A stretch of 64,000 nucleotides of DNA from Hydrolagus colliei (GCA_035084275.1 CM068755.1:10230001-10294000), one strand, 5' to 3'. Counted from the stretch's first letter, positions 21,304-36,071 are shown. Notes: a model not told the origin generated them from the sequence alone. Numbers and translations are program-made.

Positions 21304-23451
21304 CATGCAGTGAAGCTTCAGTGGATGGATCATGCACTGCATACTGAAGAAAGATCAATGCACTACGTCAGCAGTACTAAATTCTAATAAATGTGATTCA
21401 TGGGGCGAATAATTGGTAACACTAATGCATCTCATACCACCTAAGCAGGATATGTCCATTTACCACATGTTGTTACTCATTAATGTTTTTTTCAGTCTGG
21501 AGCCATAATGCTGCCAGACAACTACTCTTAATAGTGTCTGCAACTTCCTTTTCTCTTCCCTTCCCCCATTGTCAGCAACTAATTTTCACGATCCTGTGGG
21601 CAGGAGGCTAGGCACTCAATGCGAGAGGGGTGACAGAAACACTCGATACCAGTCATTTTATACAATTTTTTTTTTCCCTTCTTAACTTGCTCTTTACTGG
21701 TGCTTGGAAAAACCATGGCTTTGAATAAATGTTTTGGTTTAACAGCTTAAACATGAAGGTGGATCAGCAGTGAATCCAGCTCTGGAGAGATTGTTAAGGC
21801 ATATGAAGTAACTTGTCTTCTGAAAGCCACAAATCAAGTCGAAAAAAGTCCTTTAGTAACCAACCACTAAGTAGTACATGAAGTTCCACTCCAATCAGCA
21901 CTTTAAAAACCACTAATACACTCCTTAATACAGTGCAATCTATGAGTATGATGGGTTTGCTGCATTTATCAAATGCTTGAATGCCTTCTTTTGTTCAGCT
22001 GATCTGAATGTGTAGGACAATTTATTTTTTTACACCCTTTTCTTTCCCTTCCCCTTCCAATAAAGGCTCTTTTCACATACTTAAGTTTGTTTTTGATAGA
22101 CAGCTCCAAGTGTGGTTTTACTCAGTCTTGCACAGTCTTAAGCAACGGGAGAACTGAGTCTGGGTTCAGGTGAGAGAACGAGGGAAAGAGCAGGCCAGAA
22201 TTAGTAAAGAATTCCCAGTTTACTTTGCTAGATCTGTCCGAAGTACACATTTACAGAAAGTGCCTTGTTTTTTGTTGGAGTGGTACAAGGCTTGTTTGTA
22301 CTAACTCAGCTGCGTTGAGGCTCCAGCATCGAACGCTTCAATTAGTGCTGGTCAGTTTTCTCGGTAAGTACAGTGAAATTCAGAGAAAAAGAATAATTTG
22401 GATATGATTATGTTGGTGACTTTTCTCAATGACCCATTAATTGAGTAAACTGGTGGGAGAAAAAAGTGACTGTTGAATAGGAGTAGACTGTATTGCAGTT
22501 GCAGTCCTGAGCCTCAGTTGATGTCCGCAATCATACAATGTAGATCTTATGTACAACATTTGTGCCTGCATAATTCGCCAGGTGAAATGTTGGCGGAGAA
22601 TGATTAAATATCCCTTGACAAAATAAGTGAACCATTGATAGAATATGGTAAAGTATATTTGAAGATCAACATGCAGAACTTGAATGTAGTTGCGATTTTA
22701 TCATGATATGGAGTCTTTGTAGTTTTTTTAAATTAAAAAAGTTTATTGTATTTTTTGTATTCTTACAAAGCTAAAAAATACATGATTGAACTTAAACTAG
22801 TTTTGTTTAGGGCTGGAGTTAATATTGGAATTCCATAAGTTATACTAATGTCCCACATTAGGAATGAAACATGCTAGAAAAGTGAATTAAGAACATGTAT
22901 TATGATTACATCAGACATAATGTGATCATAATAAATGTTTTTAGAACTCAACTTTTCTACTAATGTTTTATGCAGTAAAGTGGGCTCCAACTGGTGTAAA
23001 TCCACAAGTAGCCAAGTGACTTGTGTGTAAATATTAGGTGCAGAATTTGACAAGTGCACATTTCATCCATTCAGTTGCATTAAGTGTATCATTTTATACA
23101 TTAATTAAAAAACACAATTAACATATCAACGATCTTGAGTGAGAGAGAAGGGGGAGAGGTAGGTGGGCCATGGAATGGTCTTGAATGACCTTCTCATGGT
23201 CCTAATTTCCTATGATTGAAAATTTATGCATTACAAACATTGTCACTGCTTTTTGCTAATTTTATGTGTGTTCAGGTAGTGGTTCTGCTTTTCACTTTTA
23301 ACATCAGGGCTCAACTACAACATGGAAATGGTTAAGCTGGAGGTTTAGGTCAAGTGGGTTAATATATAATTTTCTAATGCTTAACTGCCAACTGTCATTA
23401 AAAAAAACTCATAATTGGGTGCTTCAAACTGTTTGAAGAAATCAAATTGCT

Positions 23452-23782
23452 GGCGTGTAATGCGTGCCGGTTTTGATTCCTGGCACTATGGAATGTTCGG
23501 CAAGTTTCCTTACTCCACACGTCTGTTTACTTAGGAGTAAGTAGGAACCCATTTGTTAGTCGATTTGCGGGTTGGATTGTATTTCCGGAGGATAATGGTT
23601 TCTTCAAAAAAAAGTTGATCACTCAATCCACGACTTTTTGTAGGACACTGCTGTGCGCAATTGTCTGCCGCATTTCACCCACAAAATAGTCAATTCACTT
23701 GTATAGTGTATTCTCTGAAGTGCTTTGAGGTGTTGCAATGGTGTGATAAGGTGCTATATCAAATGCAATGATTAATATTATT
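23452..23782 (+). mobile_element. SINE, long variant with extra central segment
   Basis: GGCAAGTTTCCTTACTCCACAC followed by about 70 extra nt, then family core and tail. Confidence 0.8.
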
Positions 23783-23914
23783 GGGTTTGGAGAAGTACTG
23801 TATCAGGAAAGAGAGCTAGTGTCACAATATAGTATCTGAATGTGCCTACTTTGAAAATGTACTGCGTTTTCAGTTTGCTTGGGAAATGTTCAGTTATAAG
23901 TATTCCAATTAATT

Positions 23915-24180
23915 ACATGGAATGTTACAGCACAGAAATGGGACATTTGCCCAAACTAGTCCTTTCCAACATTTGTACACCATAAATACCTCTACCCTTT
24001 TCTTATAACCCCCTTATGTATGCATCGAGGTACCTCTTAAATACATTGATACTTTTTGCCTTGGTGACAGCTTTCAGCAGTGTTGTGCCACATTCCCGCA
24101 AGCCGCTGGATAAGTAAGGAAGCTCCCCTTAACCTCCATTTTAGAATTGCTGTAGCTCTCTTATGTTTACGCCCTTGATA
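23915..24180 (-). mobile_element. Decayed CR1-type LINE 3' end
   Basis: ACATGGAATGTTACAGCACAGAAATGGGACATT...CCTCTTAAAT...CCACATTC pattern resembles reverse-strand shark CR1 tails (recall). Confidence 0.5.
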
Positions 24181-27100
24181 TTTATATTAATGTTTAAGAA
24201 TAAGCATTCCATCGAAATTCAGTTTGGTTCTAAAGCTCCACCGCCTTTTCATTCTATTGCTTATAAAACGATTAAACCATGCATGACAGCAACATGAAAA
24301 ACACTGAAGATTACTTAGTGGGAGGATGTGATCTAGTTCAAAGGGCATTCTTGTTAAGCTGCTTATCCCATTGTGTATACTGTAGCTTCAGGGACTTCTG
24401 AAATTTAGCGTATCTAGTAATGTTGTTGCAATACAGCATTTTCTGCAATAGATGTTTTGGTTCAATGATGATTCAGTAGCATACACTCTCTTGTCCTTTG
24501 TACGGAATAGTAATTACAGTGTTTGAATTGTTTGAAAGTACACAGAGGTTTACTTTTGTGACTTTCAATTGTGTAGCCATAGGTATATAATATCGTCTTT
24601 CTAAAAACAAATTGGCATCAGGACAGGAAATCACAATAAATAGCTGAAGAACTTCCAAATGATTTTTATGCATTTCAAAGTAATTTTAAAGTTTTGTATT
24701 TTAATATTCCATTTCCAAAGTTGCCATGAACTAAAACTCCTTTTTAAATCAGCTAAAAAGTGCCTCTGACAAATGCCCTGCTGACTTATCACTACCTTGG
24801 TTTCCTCTGTCCAGCAAATTTACAAATCTTGCTGTTCACTCTTTCACAACTTTTTTTTCCTGAAAAATAAGGTGCTGACTCCTGCTCAGTCCAGTGTCAC
24901 AAACAATCTGTATCAAATTTGCAGCTGATCTCTTGAGTGGCAGCATGGAAATAGATACCAGTTTAAGTAACATTTTTAGTATCCGTATTAAACAGTTTAA
25001 ATCATAGTTTTATAGCTGTTGCATATCTTGCAAAGTCTTATTGAATTCCATATAACTTGAGCAGGCTGCTCCTAAATCTGTTAATGGGTTTCACATTCTG
25101 CTGGAGGGGGAATATGAATATCTGGACACTTATACCTTTTGCTTGTAAATGTCTAACTTGTTAGAACTTAACCAATAAAGTTCTGTTTTTGTCACTAGAA
25201 CTCTATTTATTATATGATAAGTATTATACTGGAGCCTTTGAGATCTGTTGAGTGCTTCACTTTCTTATGGAAAACTTATTAAACTCCAGGATTGGTTCTT
25301 TCCAATGGAAACTGGAGTAGGTATTTTCCCTCAGTCTGCTGTCTATCTTGGGTGGGTATCCAGTACACATTTTTAAATTAAAGCATAATTGTCTTTATTG
25401 GCGGAAGAGTGAATCCTTGCTAAAGTTGGTGAGTGGATAGAATGATTGTCAACCAATTGTCAGAATGTCTTTTTTATATATGGGAGCCTACATTTTAAAA
25501 GACTGTGTTTGAGACTTCTTGCAAGGAAGTGGGATTGCGCTCAAAAGTATTGAACGTTGTATTAATATTTTAGAATAAAAGCCCATCACTCTTTTCCTAT
25601 CACTAGCGATTTATTTCACAGCATAGCCTGAGAGTTGACTTGAATTCACAACTTTTTAAAAAAATTCATTTGCATAAATTGCAATATAACCTTTTTGCTT
25701 GCATATAATGTGTCAGGTACTGCTGTTTACAAGATTCTTGTGTTTCCGTGTCTTATTTATTACTAAAATGTACTTGATGCAACTGCTAAAGTATTGCAGA
25801 GTTTCATTAAAATGTTGAATGCTATGGAAGACAATTGGGAATAACTTGAAATGCTGTAACACATTTTTATTTGCTGAAAACTATTTATGGATTCAGAAAT
25901 ACCATAATGCTTGGATTAAATTGGTTGCGGTGGTGTGTGTCTATGGGTGGAGTCGAGGGGTGGTATTTTTGATTCTCAGAATCCCATAACTGATAGCAGC
26001 CTTTGCCACATGATTAAGGGAATACCAGTGTTTCAACCAAATGTTCTTAGGGAAGTAGTGTTGGACTGATTTCATTATTTTACTCACCCCCTTTAGGAAG
26101 CAGCACAACAGATTTTTCGATACAAAATATCTGTAAATGATCAAAATGAAATTGCAGTAATTGGGAACTGGTTTCTTAACTGGACCACGCAATTGCTTTT
26201 CTTTGTACCCCTGAAAGATAAAGGCAGTTCCCAAGATGCTTTCCAAACTTTAAAATGGAGTGTAAAATGCGGTTGGCTTCACTTGCTGTTGTACTACAAA
26301 GACACAGCAGCTTGCAACTAGTTACTCAAATGTTGTCTCGCCCCCGATTCAGAACCGTTTTAGCTGGAGTCCCAAGCTATGTAGCTGAACCTGCTTTGTC
26401 ATGAGTCAAAAGGTGCAGCATCACCACTGACTGAAATGGCCATTTTAACCTTCTCTCATCTTTCACATTACTAGGCAGAACTTGGTGCATGGCAGTGAGT
26501 ACTTCCAGTGCTTTTCCAATTTATTTTTACAGGGCCAAGAATAATAAATTGTAGATGTGCTGTTTTATGCTGGACAAAATGTTGCAAAGTTGTCAATAAT
26601 ACGGAATCTGTCCATGCAGAATATATATCCTTCCCGCTTGAAATATGGAGGAAAATTCCTTTCCATTGATTTCCCCCCCACTCCATCCTCCCCAAAAGGC
26701 AGTTTGGGTTTTCTCCCTGATCATTAATGTCATTTACGTTTTCTAATTTTCATCTTGAGACAGGAAATTATTTTTCCATTTTCAGAGCCACATTGTGACG
26801 CTCGCACATCACAACTGTCCCAAACTGATTCCTTTCCCTTGCCTGCTGGCCATTCATTTTTACTTTTTTTTTTACAGCAAGCCGATTCTTCCTGCAGTTT
26901 TCTTCTTGTGCATTTGTAGCTGCAAACATTCAACTCGGTCTCCTATAAAATCTCTTGTACAAATTTTCTGTTTACTTAGAAAATCTGTTCAGCTGCTGCA
27001 CTGAGGATTGCTGCGACTAGTCTTGCAACATTTCCTTTTGATACTGTAGTGTTCAGCACTTGCTAGTTATTTGAAACTTCATAAACTCCCATTGAACATT

Positions 27101-29761
27101 CATAAACAATGATGTTTTAAGAAAAATAACTGCCTGTCTGTCATTGCATTATTTCCTTTCACAACCTTCCTCTGTTTCTCCTTTTGTTTTTGTTGCATGA
27201 CTTGAATGTCTTCATTGTTGGATTTTCATCATACCTGTTGCCTCCAAGTTCTTTCTGTCATCTTTTTCCTTCCCCCAACTCATGTGCCCTTGTGAAGCAC
27301 TTTGAGACATCGTCCTAATGGAAATAGTTTTAAATATGAACTATGTTCACCCTCCCACCTTTCTGACCTTGACTCCTTTCCTCTTTGATTTATTTTTCCT
27401 GCACATTTTGAGATTCATTTTATCTGTTGCCTATTTTGCTGTTGTTTGTTGTGGCCACCAATATGTGAAAAAAATACATTATGACACTGCAGCATCACAT
27501 TGATCTCTTCAAGTCTAGTCAGACCTTAAGTATGTTGTTATCTCTTCTCGGGCATTTTGATTATTTGCATATTGTGTTTTGACACATAATGTTGTCAGTT
27601 TCTGTTTGTGCAAGAATTTACTTGTGTGTACAATCCAAGTAGCAGCTGTTGGCATACTGTACTGTCATTTCAGAGCTTTATTTGTGTATGATTCTCGATC
27701 CTGTTTTTCCCTCCAGTTTACAAATTCTTGAAGAATTCAAATGATTAAAAAAAAAGTTGTACAGAAAATAAACCATTAGGACAATTTCAAATCTCATTAT
27801 TCCAGGAGCTCGGTATCTGAGGTTGCTTTTTGAAAATTGTTTGGTTTCCATCCCATCTTAGCTCCGTCTCTTAGCTCAAAAAAAGTACAAGTGGTCTTTG
27901 AATGTATTGTGGCATCCAACCTCATCTTTACAAGCTATGAGTTCAATTGTTTATTACTGCATTATTGGTTGTGAAGGAAAATTGGCTTACAAAAAAGTGG
28001 CTTAATCTGTGGATTGTGTTCAATTTGGTGAGCATCTGCATGTATCAAATCATTCAGCTGACCAAAGAAATCAAATCTTTATTGTAAATACAGAAATTAT
28101 GCAGCAGTATGAAAGAGGCTGTAATGTTTTGAGTGTGATCCTTCACAAGCACCCCTGCATTTTTTAAAACATTTGCAATCATTCTTCTCCAGTAGAACTA
28201 TTTACCCACTCACTTCATTTGAACAGTGATTCCTATCGAAGATATGGTTTGTGCAAATGAGATAATAAGTGACCTCGGGTGCTTGAATGCTGCCTTTGGC
28301 CTTGCTGTCAATGGGACTTGTTTAGTTTATATTTAAAAAAGTGTGAATTTCCGAACAGCATTATGTTCTCGTTTTCAGAGATACCACACTGCTCAACTTG
28401 ATTTGGTTGGTGGCAAGAAACACAAACAAACTTTCTCTTCCATCCTTCACTGCTTCCCCCATCCCAACTTCCACATGATGATTCCTGTTAATTTTCCTGA
28501 GAGAAAAAACTTATTCAATGTGCACAAATCTAAACTTGCTATTGTTATAGTTGATCTTAAATCTGAAGATCTGTATGCCTTCACTGACCTCTTGGCAGAC
28601 TTTCATTTGGGTTTTTTTTTACTAATTACTGCATTTGCTCATACATGAGTTGGGAAATATTCTTCCCTAGGATCCACAAAACAACAAATTACATCAGGAG
28701 GACGTCCCAATGAACTGGGCAGTCAGGGATTTCGACCTGAGCATTTTCCAATGACATTTTTGTCCTCTAAATTTGTGATTTGACAGAAATAAGATTAATT
28801 TAATGCTTCTCAAAAATGTTTAACTATCTAAAATTAGTAAATAACAAAACTGAGTAGTGGATGAAAGTAAACCCCTGAATAATTTCAATCTGTATTTGGT
28901 TCTGCCAAAGCAATCTAGAATTTTTTTAAATTAAGTGTTTTATGCTAATATCCTTGTTTTGGCATAATTGTGTGTCTGTGCATGTTTGCAACCAAAAGTG
29001 ATTGGAACAAACTGGTTCAGTAACTGTAGTGTTGGGTAAGATGGACATTTAGAAATGGTACCTTTTTTAAAAATATATAATCAGTTTAATATTTAATCTA
29101 CTACATCTTATCACAGTGTTCTTTAATAGCAAAATATTTGGAATTGCTCATTATTTTGTCTGTGGAATTTCTTAAGAATGCAGTTAACCAGCAACCAGCT
29201 ATCTATAGGATGTTTGATGTCTTTGCCAATTATCTGAAATGAAATCCTAATAAAGCTGATTTACTTGAAACTGCAGATCTTTGACGTCATGTTTTTGTGC
29301 AGTAATCCGACCTAGCAAGTCTATCTTAATTTCAATTAATGGATTGATTTATCACCGATGAGCATCCTGTTTCTTGCATGGTTGAGCCCTGTTTCTTACA
29401 GATGAACATTCAAACTTTCGATGAGGTAGAATAAATCAATGCTGTAAATTTCTATAGAGGAACTACAATTCTCTCATTCTCTCTATTTTGGCTATCTCTT
29501 CTCACTCTTAACACAATGCAAAATGGATTAGATAACTTGTGCTGTAAGTTGATTTGCATCACAGATGCAAATCAACTATCGTATGTGACTGGTGTGGAAA
29601 CTTGATGGAGGCTGAACACACCTGGTAAGATGCCTAGCAGAGGCCTCTTGGTGGTGGGGTGAGGGCATGGGGATTGTGTTGGGGCCTCCTACATATCCTG
29701 TCACAGGATAGGGCAGGAGGCCACTTGCATGTGTAGTCCATGGTGGGTACTGCAGCATCGT

Positions 29762-30066
29762 GGAGCTCCTGTAGCTCAGTGGTTAGAGCACTCGCCTTAC
29801 AAGCCTGAGACCTGTGTTCAAATCCAGGCAGATCAGTGCGAAGCCTTGGCCAAGTTTCCTTACTCCACATGCTTAATAATAATCCCTCAAAAAAAATTGG
29901 TCATTTCAATTCACGACTGTTTGTTGGACACTGCTATGTGCAATTGGCTGTCGCATTTCGCTCACAAATATGCAGTCAATTCACTTTACAGTATATTCTG
30001 TGAAGCGCTTTGAAACGTCTAATGTGAAAAGCATTATATAAAAATGCAAGGATTATTATTATTATA
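29762..30066 (+). mobile_element. Full-length tRNA-derived Deu-type SINE
   Basis: A box TAGCTCAGTGG, B box GTTCAAATCC, core and (TTA)n tail. Confidence 0.92.
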
Positions 30067-32710
30067 TTTCTCGCCTAACCTGCTGAATTTATAAACTTAG
30101 AAAGCTTTTTGCTTTATTGAGCACTGACATCAAACTCAACTACTCGGTTCAACCTTCTCTCAATACAAATGACTCCAAATCACACTTAGCAAACACGGGA
30201 ACCGATTGAAACCTTGGGAGCAATCTTTCCCACTAAAATATACTTCATGCCAAACTCCTACTTGCCTTACTGCTTTGACCTCTCACTCTGATAACCTTGC
30301 ACAGCTCTTGGAAGTAGTTAATCGTACATCTTCAATCAGATGGTTGCCACGCGCACTAATCCGTATTGGCAACCCATTACCTGCCGGTTTCATCACTCCT
30401 TGCAAGTGATGCAATGTTCCAATCCACATATGCACAGTGGGTGTGGATTGACATAATTATTGCTGCTGAATTTGAGATGTAACCTGGATACACACACATA
30501 CTCAATCTTATTTGTATTATATAAATATATATTTTATAGTATTTAAATATATATTACACATATGCAGGAAAGATTTGAAGAAATATCTGAATGGTGATCT
30601 AAGTGGATGTCCGCTAATTTTGGCATTCCAACTCATCTTGGCCTGCACATGGTGTTGTTTTAGCTGCTTATTTCAATGCATCAAAGCAGTGGAATTCTCT
30701 CTGGTCTCTCACATCATGTCTGGTTTTATATGGCAAGCTCACAAGGGTGCCCCTTGATGATGATGCTTATACTTCAATTTGATAACATCGGCTCTTAAAT
30801 TGGTTTCTGTGTTTAAAATCTTGTTGTCTGCGGTGTCTATTTCTCATTTACTCTGAGATAGTTCATCAGAGCATTACAACTTTGAATGTATGTATTCCAT
30901 GTATAATCTTGGCACTGGTTGAATCAATAGTGTGTGAGAGAATGGTACACACAGAGTTATAGTGTCAGTTTTCCTTTGGCCCCCTTTGGTCATGGTACAC
31001 TATGACTTAACTCAATGATGCCACGACTCTTGTCCAAATTCATATTGGACTTCAGTGCCTTGGGATGTCCTCCATTGCAGAAGGGGCTTTATGAATACAA
31101 GGCCTGTATGACCAGAGATAACATAAAAATCTCATTGAACTGGACAGTACAATGGCCCTATTAAAAACTTTTCGAATTGTGAAATGTAATCTCTAGAATT
31201 CATGAGTGTACGTTTGAGACAACTTTGAAAGGTATTGCTAGGTCTGACATGGTTTAATTAATTGTCTTTAAAATCTGAACTCAAAGTAACTTATGCTTAT
31301 TCAGACACTGTTAGGGAATCTGTTAAACCATGGTACTGTAGTAATTAAACCAATATTACTTGAAAGAATACGAGACCTCTCAAAGCCTGAATTATACAAA
31401 CAGAATATTAACTTAGGTTTGTACTTCTCCCAGATCATTATTTTGTTTGTGTTAAAGTTGGTTATTTTGTATTGGCAACATTTAGTATTTTTGTAATGTG
31501 CTTAAATAGTTAAAGTAAAGTTAGTTACTCCATGTAATGCACAGTGAAGATAATGGTGAAAACTGTATGGGTGCAGTAACTGGCAGGCAGGTATGATGTG
31601 TCTTTCATTTATCTGATATTACGCAGCTGGCCTCTTAGCTGTGTACAAATGAAGCATTCTTTGGGAATCTGACAACAGTTTTTCTTGTTGTCTCTTGTCT
31701 AATGAGCATGTAACTGCACATCCTATTTGGACCCATACATTTTTTTTCTCTCTTCTATTGGTTTCCTATAGCCTAACATTGCTTGCCTCTGTGTTCTGGT
31801 AGAAGGTGTGAGACAGTGGGGGAGAAGAAGTGCAAAGGAAAGAATGTAAGAATTGTAAAGGAAGATGACATTAAAGTGAAAATTATAAAGGGGAATGCAT
31901 ACTAAGAAACTTTGCCAAGTCCCGACTGTATCGATTGCAAACTTTTTTAAAAGACCAAATACATTTTAATAGTAGACAAAATATTTTCTCTCTTTTTTAA
32001 AAAAACCTAGATTTTCCTAATTGATGTTGAAACCTTCTGAACTTCTGAGAGCACACACAGTATACATAATGTGCCTATTGTTTGGTGTTCCAATCCCCTC
32101 TAAATATTTCCCTTTTCCAATGGAACAAGCTGAAAATCTGAATCATCAATTATTTACTGTACTGTTGAGGTGATCTTCCTGGCTGAACCAGCCACTTTTT
32201 GTGTCCTACTGTAGATGGTAATAGGCTTAATAAAGATGAGCTCAGTTTATATCTCTTGACACGGCAGTGGGTGGTCTACTTGTGTGTCATTCAGGGCAAT
32301 GAGCTGTAAGCTGAATCTTTCAAAATTCCCAGCATTTTGATTCCTCTCTTGTTTGACCTTTTGCACTACTGACCTGTAAGTTCTTGAGTATACATTACTA
32401 CCTTATTTTTGCCATCAAACTTTAAGGGAATTTTAAAAAATATATAATGTCATCTGTGCTACTCATTTGGCTGTAGAAAATGTTTTAACTTGCCTAGTTT
32501 TAGATGTATTTTGTATCTAATAAGTGTGTGGTATTGCAACCAGCAGAGAGTTTACGCACATGAACATGGGAACAGTTTTGTTGTGCCTGCTCTCTAGAGT
32601 CTCGGTAGTACAACGCTGCATAGCTGATCCACAACAGACTTGTAATTCAGCCTCCTCATCAAGTCTATGTCAGAATCACCACCATACAATATTCCACCTG
32701 TTCCTTCAAC

Positions 32711-33026
32711 AATAGTAATAATCCCTGCATTTGATAAAGCGCTTTTCATCTCTTCTAGATGTCTCAAAGCACTTCATGGAATATACTGTAAAATGAATTG
32801 ACTCTATATTTGGGGTTGAATCCCAATTGGGTACAGCAGTGACCCACAAACAGTCATGGATTGAGTGACCAAATTATTTTTTAAAAATTAGGGATTATTA
32901 GCCCCCAGAAAAGCGATCCTCCCCAGAGGTGCATGGAGCTAGGATACTTGCCTAATAGTTCGCCTTGCTGAGTAAAAAAAACAGTTTTTTTGCTTGCGAG
33001 GCGAGTACTCTAATCACTGAGCTACA
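32711..33026 (-). mobile_element. Full-length SINE, intermediate-length variant
   Basis: Reverse-complement head (CACTGAGCTACA), core and tail, with about 30 extra central nt. Confidence 0.85.
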
Positions 33027-33462
33027 ATTTACATTTCACATGGCACCTTTCTATTGCCTGCTTCCCATTCATTCTTACTTTTGGACCAAGCTGCTCCATC
33101 CATGCTTGTCATATAGTGATTTTATGTAAAATCCTTTTTTTGGAGGTTCAATACATTCCTCTCAGCACAGCCTGGAGTTGTCTTCAGATATTAAAAAAAT
33201 GTAGATTATTGAATTGATTTGGATTAAGAAGTGATTGGCATTCTGGTGTTTTTATTTTTTTTAAATAGTGTTTTTCTTCCTGGAAGAAGAAACTACTTCC
33301 CCAGATGTCATCAGTAGCTTTAACTATTTAATTACTATTCTGTGGGATAGGGCAAAATATGTAAGAATATTTGGGCAGCTGTAGAATTATAGAAGTTTAG
33401 CACGCAAAAACAAACCCAGAAAACATTGTTATATAAAGCTGAGAATTCAGGAATTTAGCACT

Positions 33463-33492
33463 GTGCATGACACAGTGCACTGTGTCATGCAC
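33463..33492. repeat. Perfect 30-bp spacerless palindrome
   Basis: GTGCATGACACAGTG|CACTGTGTCATGCAC. Confidence 0.95.
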
Positions 33493-33966
33493 TGTCCTGC
33501 CAGGCTTAGATATTATACTAATGAGAATTTGCTCCATTCTTCCCTCATTTCCCTTAACCAGATATGTCCCTATAAAATCATCTTGTCAGAAGAAACATTT
33601 TTGTGTCTTTTAGGGAAAATGGCCATAAGATGTGACACTCATTAGATAGATAGCTGGCAAACCCACTCTTAAGATTAAACATAATTTATATAAAGCGGCC
33701 AAGACAAATGGGAAAGGGGTGGGGGAGAAGAGAGTTTGCATTCTGACAAGCAACAACAAAAATTACATTCAAATCTTGTCCACAGTCATACATTGGAATG
33801 AATCACAGAGGTTAAGCTGAGGCTCAAGCTGAGACTGCTTTAAATCAGTATAAATGTTTATTTTGTGTGGTTGTTTTGTAGAGGGGTAATGCACTTTTAT
33901 AATGGGTTCAAATATTGAGTATTATTTTGGCAGTAAAAGTTGTTGAACTAACCATATTTTTTCTGT

Positions 33967-34195
33967 AATAATAATAATAATCCTTGCACTTTTCACATCT
34001 TCTAGACATCTCAAAGCGCTTCACAGACATACATACTGTAAAGTCAATTGACTGTATATTTGTGGGAAAAACGTGGCAGCCACTTGCGCACAGCAGTGTC
34101 CCACAAACAGTTGTGGATTGAAATGATCAATTTATTTGTTTTTTTGAGGGATTATTATTAGGTGTGTGGAGTAAGGAAATTTCCCCTAGGTTTTG
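33967..34195 (-). mobile_element. 5'-truncated SINE of the same family
   Basis: (TAA)n then reverse tail and core, ending at GGAGTAAGGAAATTTCCCCTAGG. Confidence 0.88.
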
Positions 34196-34442
34196 TGTCT
34201 TATGGTGCACTTTACTCATTATAGATTTGTGGTTGAGTTGAGCTTAGAAAAAATAGGTTCAAATTGCAAAATCCTCCAAAGACTATAGGTTATAGTATTT
34301 TGTGACGTTTGCACCTGTGCAAGTATACTTGGAAATGACATCCTTCATCCAAATAAATCTATGATCTCGAACTGGTGTCACAATTATCTGACGATGCCAT
34401 TAACTGAGATCATTCACAAGCCTTGGCTTCGAAGTCGTTGAC

Positions 34443-34695
34443 GAAATTGCATTTTCGAGCATCCGGGAGGACATCCCAAGGCACTGAACAATCAGGGGTC
34501 AGAACCCGAGCATGGAAGGGGTAGAGTAGGGGGGAGGGAGAGAGGGGATGGAGGGTGGCAGAAGGCACGATCGAAAAGGAGGGTCTTGAGACTGGCTTTG
34601 AAGGAGGCAAGGGAGGAAGTGAGGTGAAGGGACTGTGGAATGGAATTCCAGAGTGTGGGGGCAGAGAAGCTGAAAGCCTGGCCACCAATGGTAGG
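34443..34695 (-). mobile_element. L2 LINE 3' end relic
   Basis: GGGAGGACATCCCAAGGCACTG...GAAGGCACGATCGAA...TTGAAGGAGG blocks shared with 48400 (+), 49732 (-) and 57112 (-). Confidence 0.85.
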
Positions 34696-35410
34696 CCAGG
34701 TCAGACAGGAGACATGGATAGGGTGGGTTTGTTTTTCTCACCTGAGGACCACATTTCCAAAAAGCATAGTTTCAAAAAAAATAATAATGTTGTGATTTTG
34801 CAATTCAGCTGTTCCAACACTGAGAAACTGGTTGGAACCTAAAAATGCTACTTAAATTATTTCAGAAACCTAATTACCAGCTATAAAGGAGCAATTACTG
34901 GATGAGATTTTCATCTGCTACCTATTGTGACAAGTCGTCTCATATTACTTATCTCGCAACCACAGATTAACAGTTCACAAAATTAAGGCTGATTTTGGAT
35001 AAGTGAAGATCTTGTGGCTGAACTAAATTGCACTTAAGGTTTAAGTTTTCCCACAATTCTGTTGTTAGCTTTTGTAAGCCCCCAGTGTTAGACACTTCAC
35101 AACATTGGCCCTGTTGAAATGATCTCTTCAGTCATTTCTTGTCCTAGTCTACTGAAATAGAACTGAGATCATAATAAAAATCTCTTGAAGTGGTTTAGTT
35201 ACAGCTGTTGACTCCTTCATTGACTGAAGATTACTTGATGGGATCATAAACGAAGGACAGAGACCCATTACCCAAATCGTTGGGTGAGTTACATTAAAAT
35301 TGAAATTGTCCTTTCATACACCAATTTCTTCTTACCTTTCCCCTTGTAGACCTCAAGCCAATGGTATATGGATATTATCAGTTCAAAGACTGTACAATTG
35401 TTGAACTAAG

Positions 35411-35890
35411 ATGTGGAGGAGTTTCTTCATTGACGTATTTTGTATTCTTTGACTTGATGGGTATTTCCTTAACAGTGTCATCGGAACCAATACTGTTTGG
35501 GTTAGCCAGAATTTTAAATTGGGGGATGGAGAGACAGATTTCTCAAGCATAATTTTAATCCTTTAGGTATGTGTGACCTTTTATCCGGAATGACAAAATG
35601 CACATATTGATATTAATCATTTTTTGTTGCTTGTCAAAAATGCTGGAACCATTCGTTTTTTTCTTTATTTGCTGTCTATCCATTTTTGGCAATAATAGAA
35701 TCCAGGACTGCAGATTGAAGTTGCTACAGAATATAATGCTTTAAATCACGGCTGTCATTCTTGGACATGTAGGGGGAAAAGTGCATCATGTGGAGTCGTT
35801 TCATGATTGACATATTTTGTACATTGTTTTTTTGACTGGTGTTTCCTTTACTGTGTTGACCGAACCAATTCTGTTTATCCAGAATCTTAA
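35411..35890 (+). repeat. About 105-bp diverged direct repeat (35411-35517 and 35788-35890)
   Basis: Shared colinear blocks ATGTGGAG, ATTGAC.TATTTTGTA, TTTCCTT, GAACCAAT.CTGTTT, CCAGAAT.TTAA. Confidence 0.8.
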
Positions 35891-35896
35891 TCAACA

Positions 35897-36071
35897 AGTT
35901 GGTCACTCATTCCATGATTGTTTGTGGGACCCTGCTGTGCACAATTGGCTGCTGCGTTTCACCCATAAAATATAGTTGATTCACTTTACAGTAGATCCTG
36001 TGCAGTGCTTTGAGACATCTCTAAGATGTGATGAGGCACTATATCAAATACAATGATTATTATTGTTATTA
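35897..36071 (+). mobile_element. SINE 3' half
   Basis: TGTTTGTGGGACCCTGCTGTGCACAATTGGCTGC core and (TTA)n tail. Confidence 0.85.
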
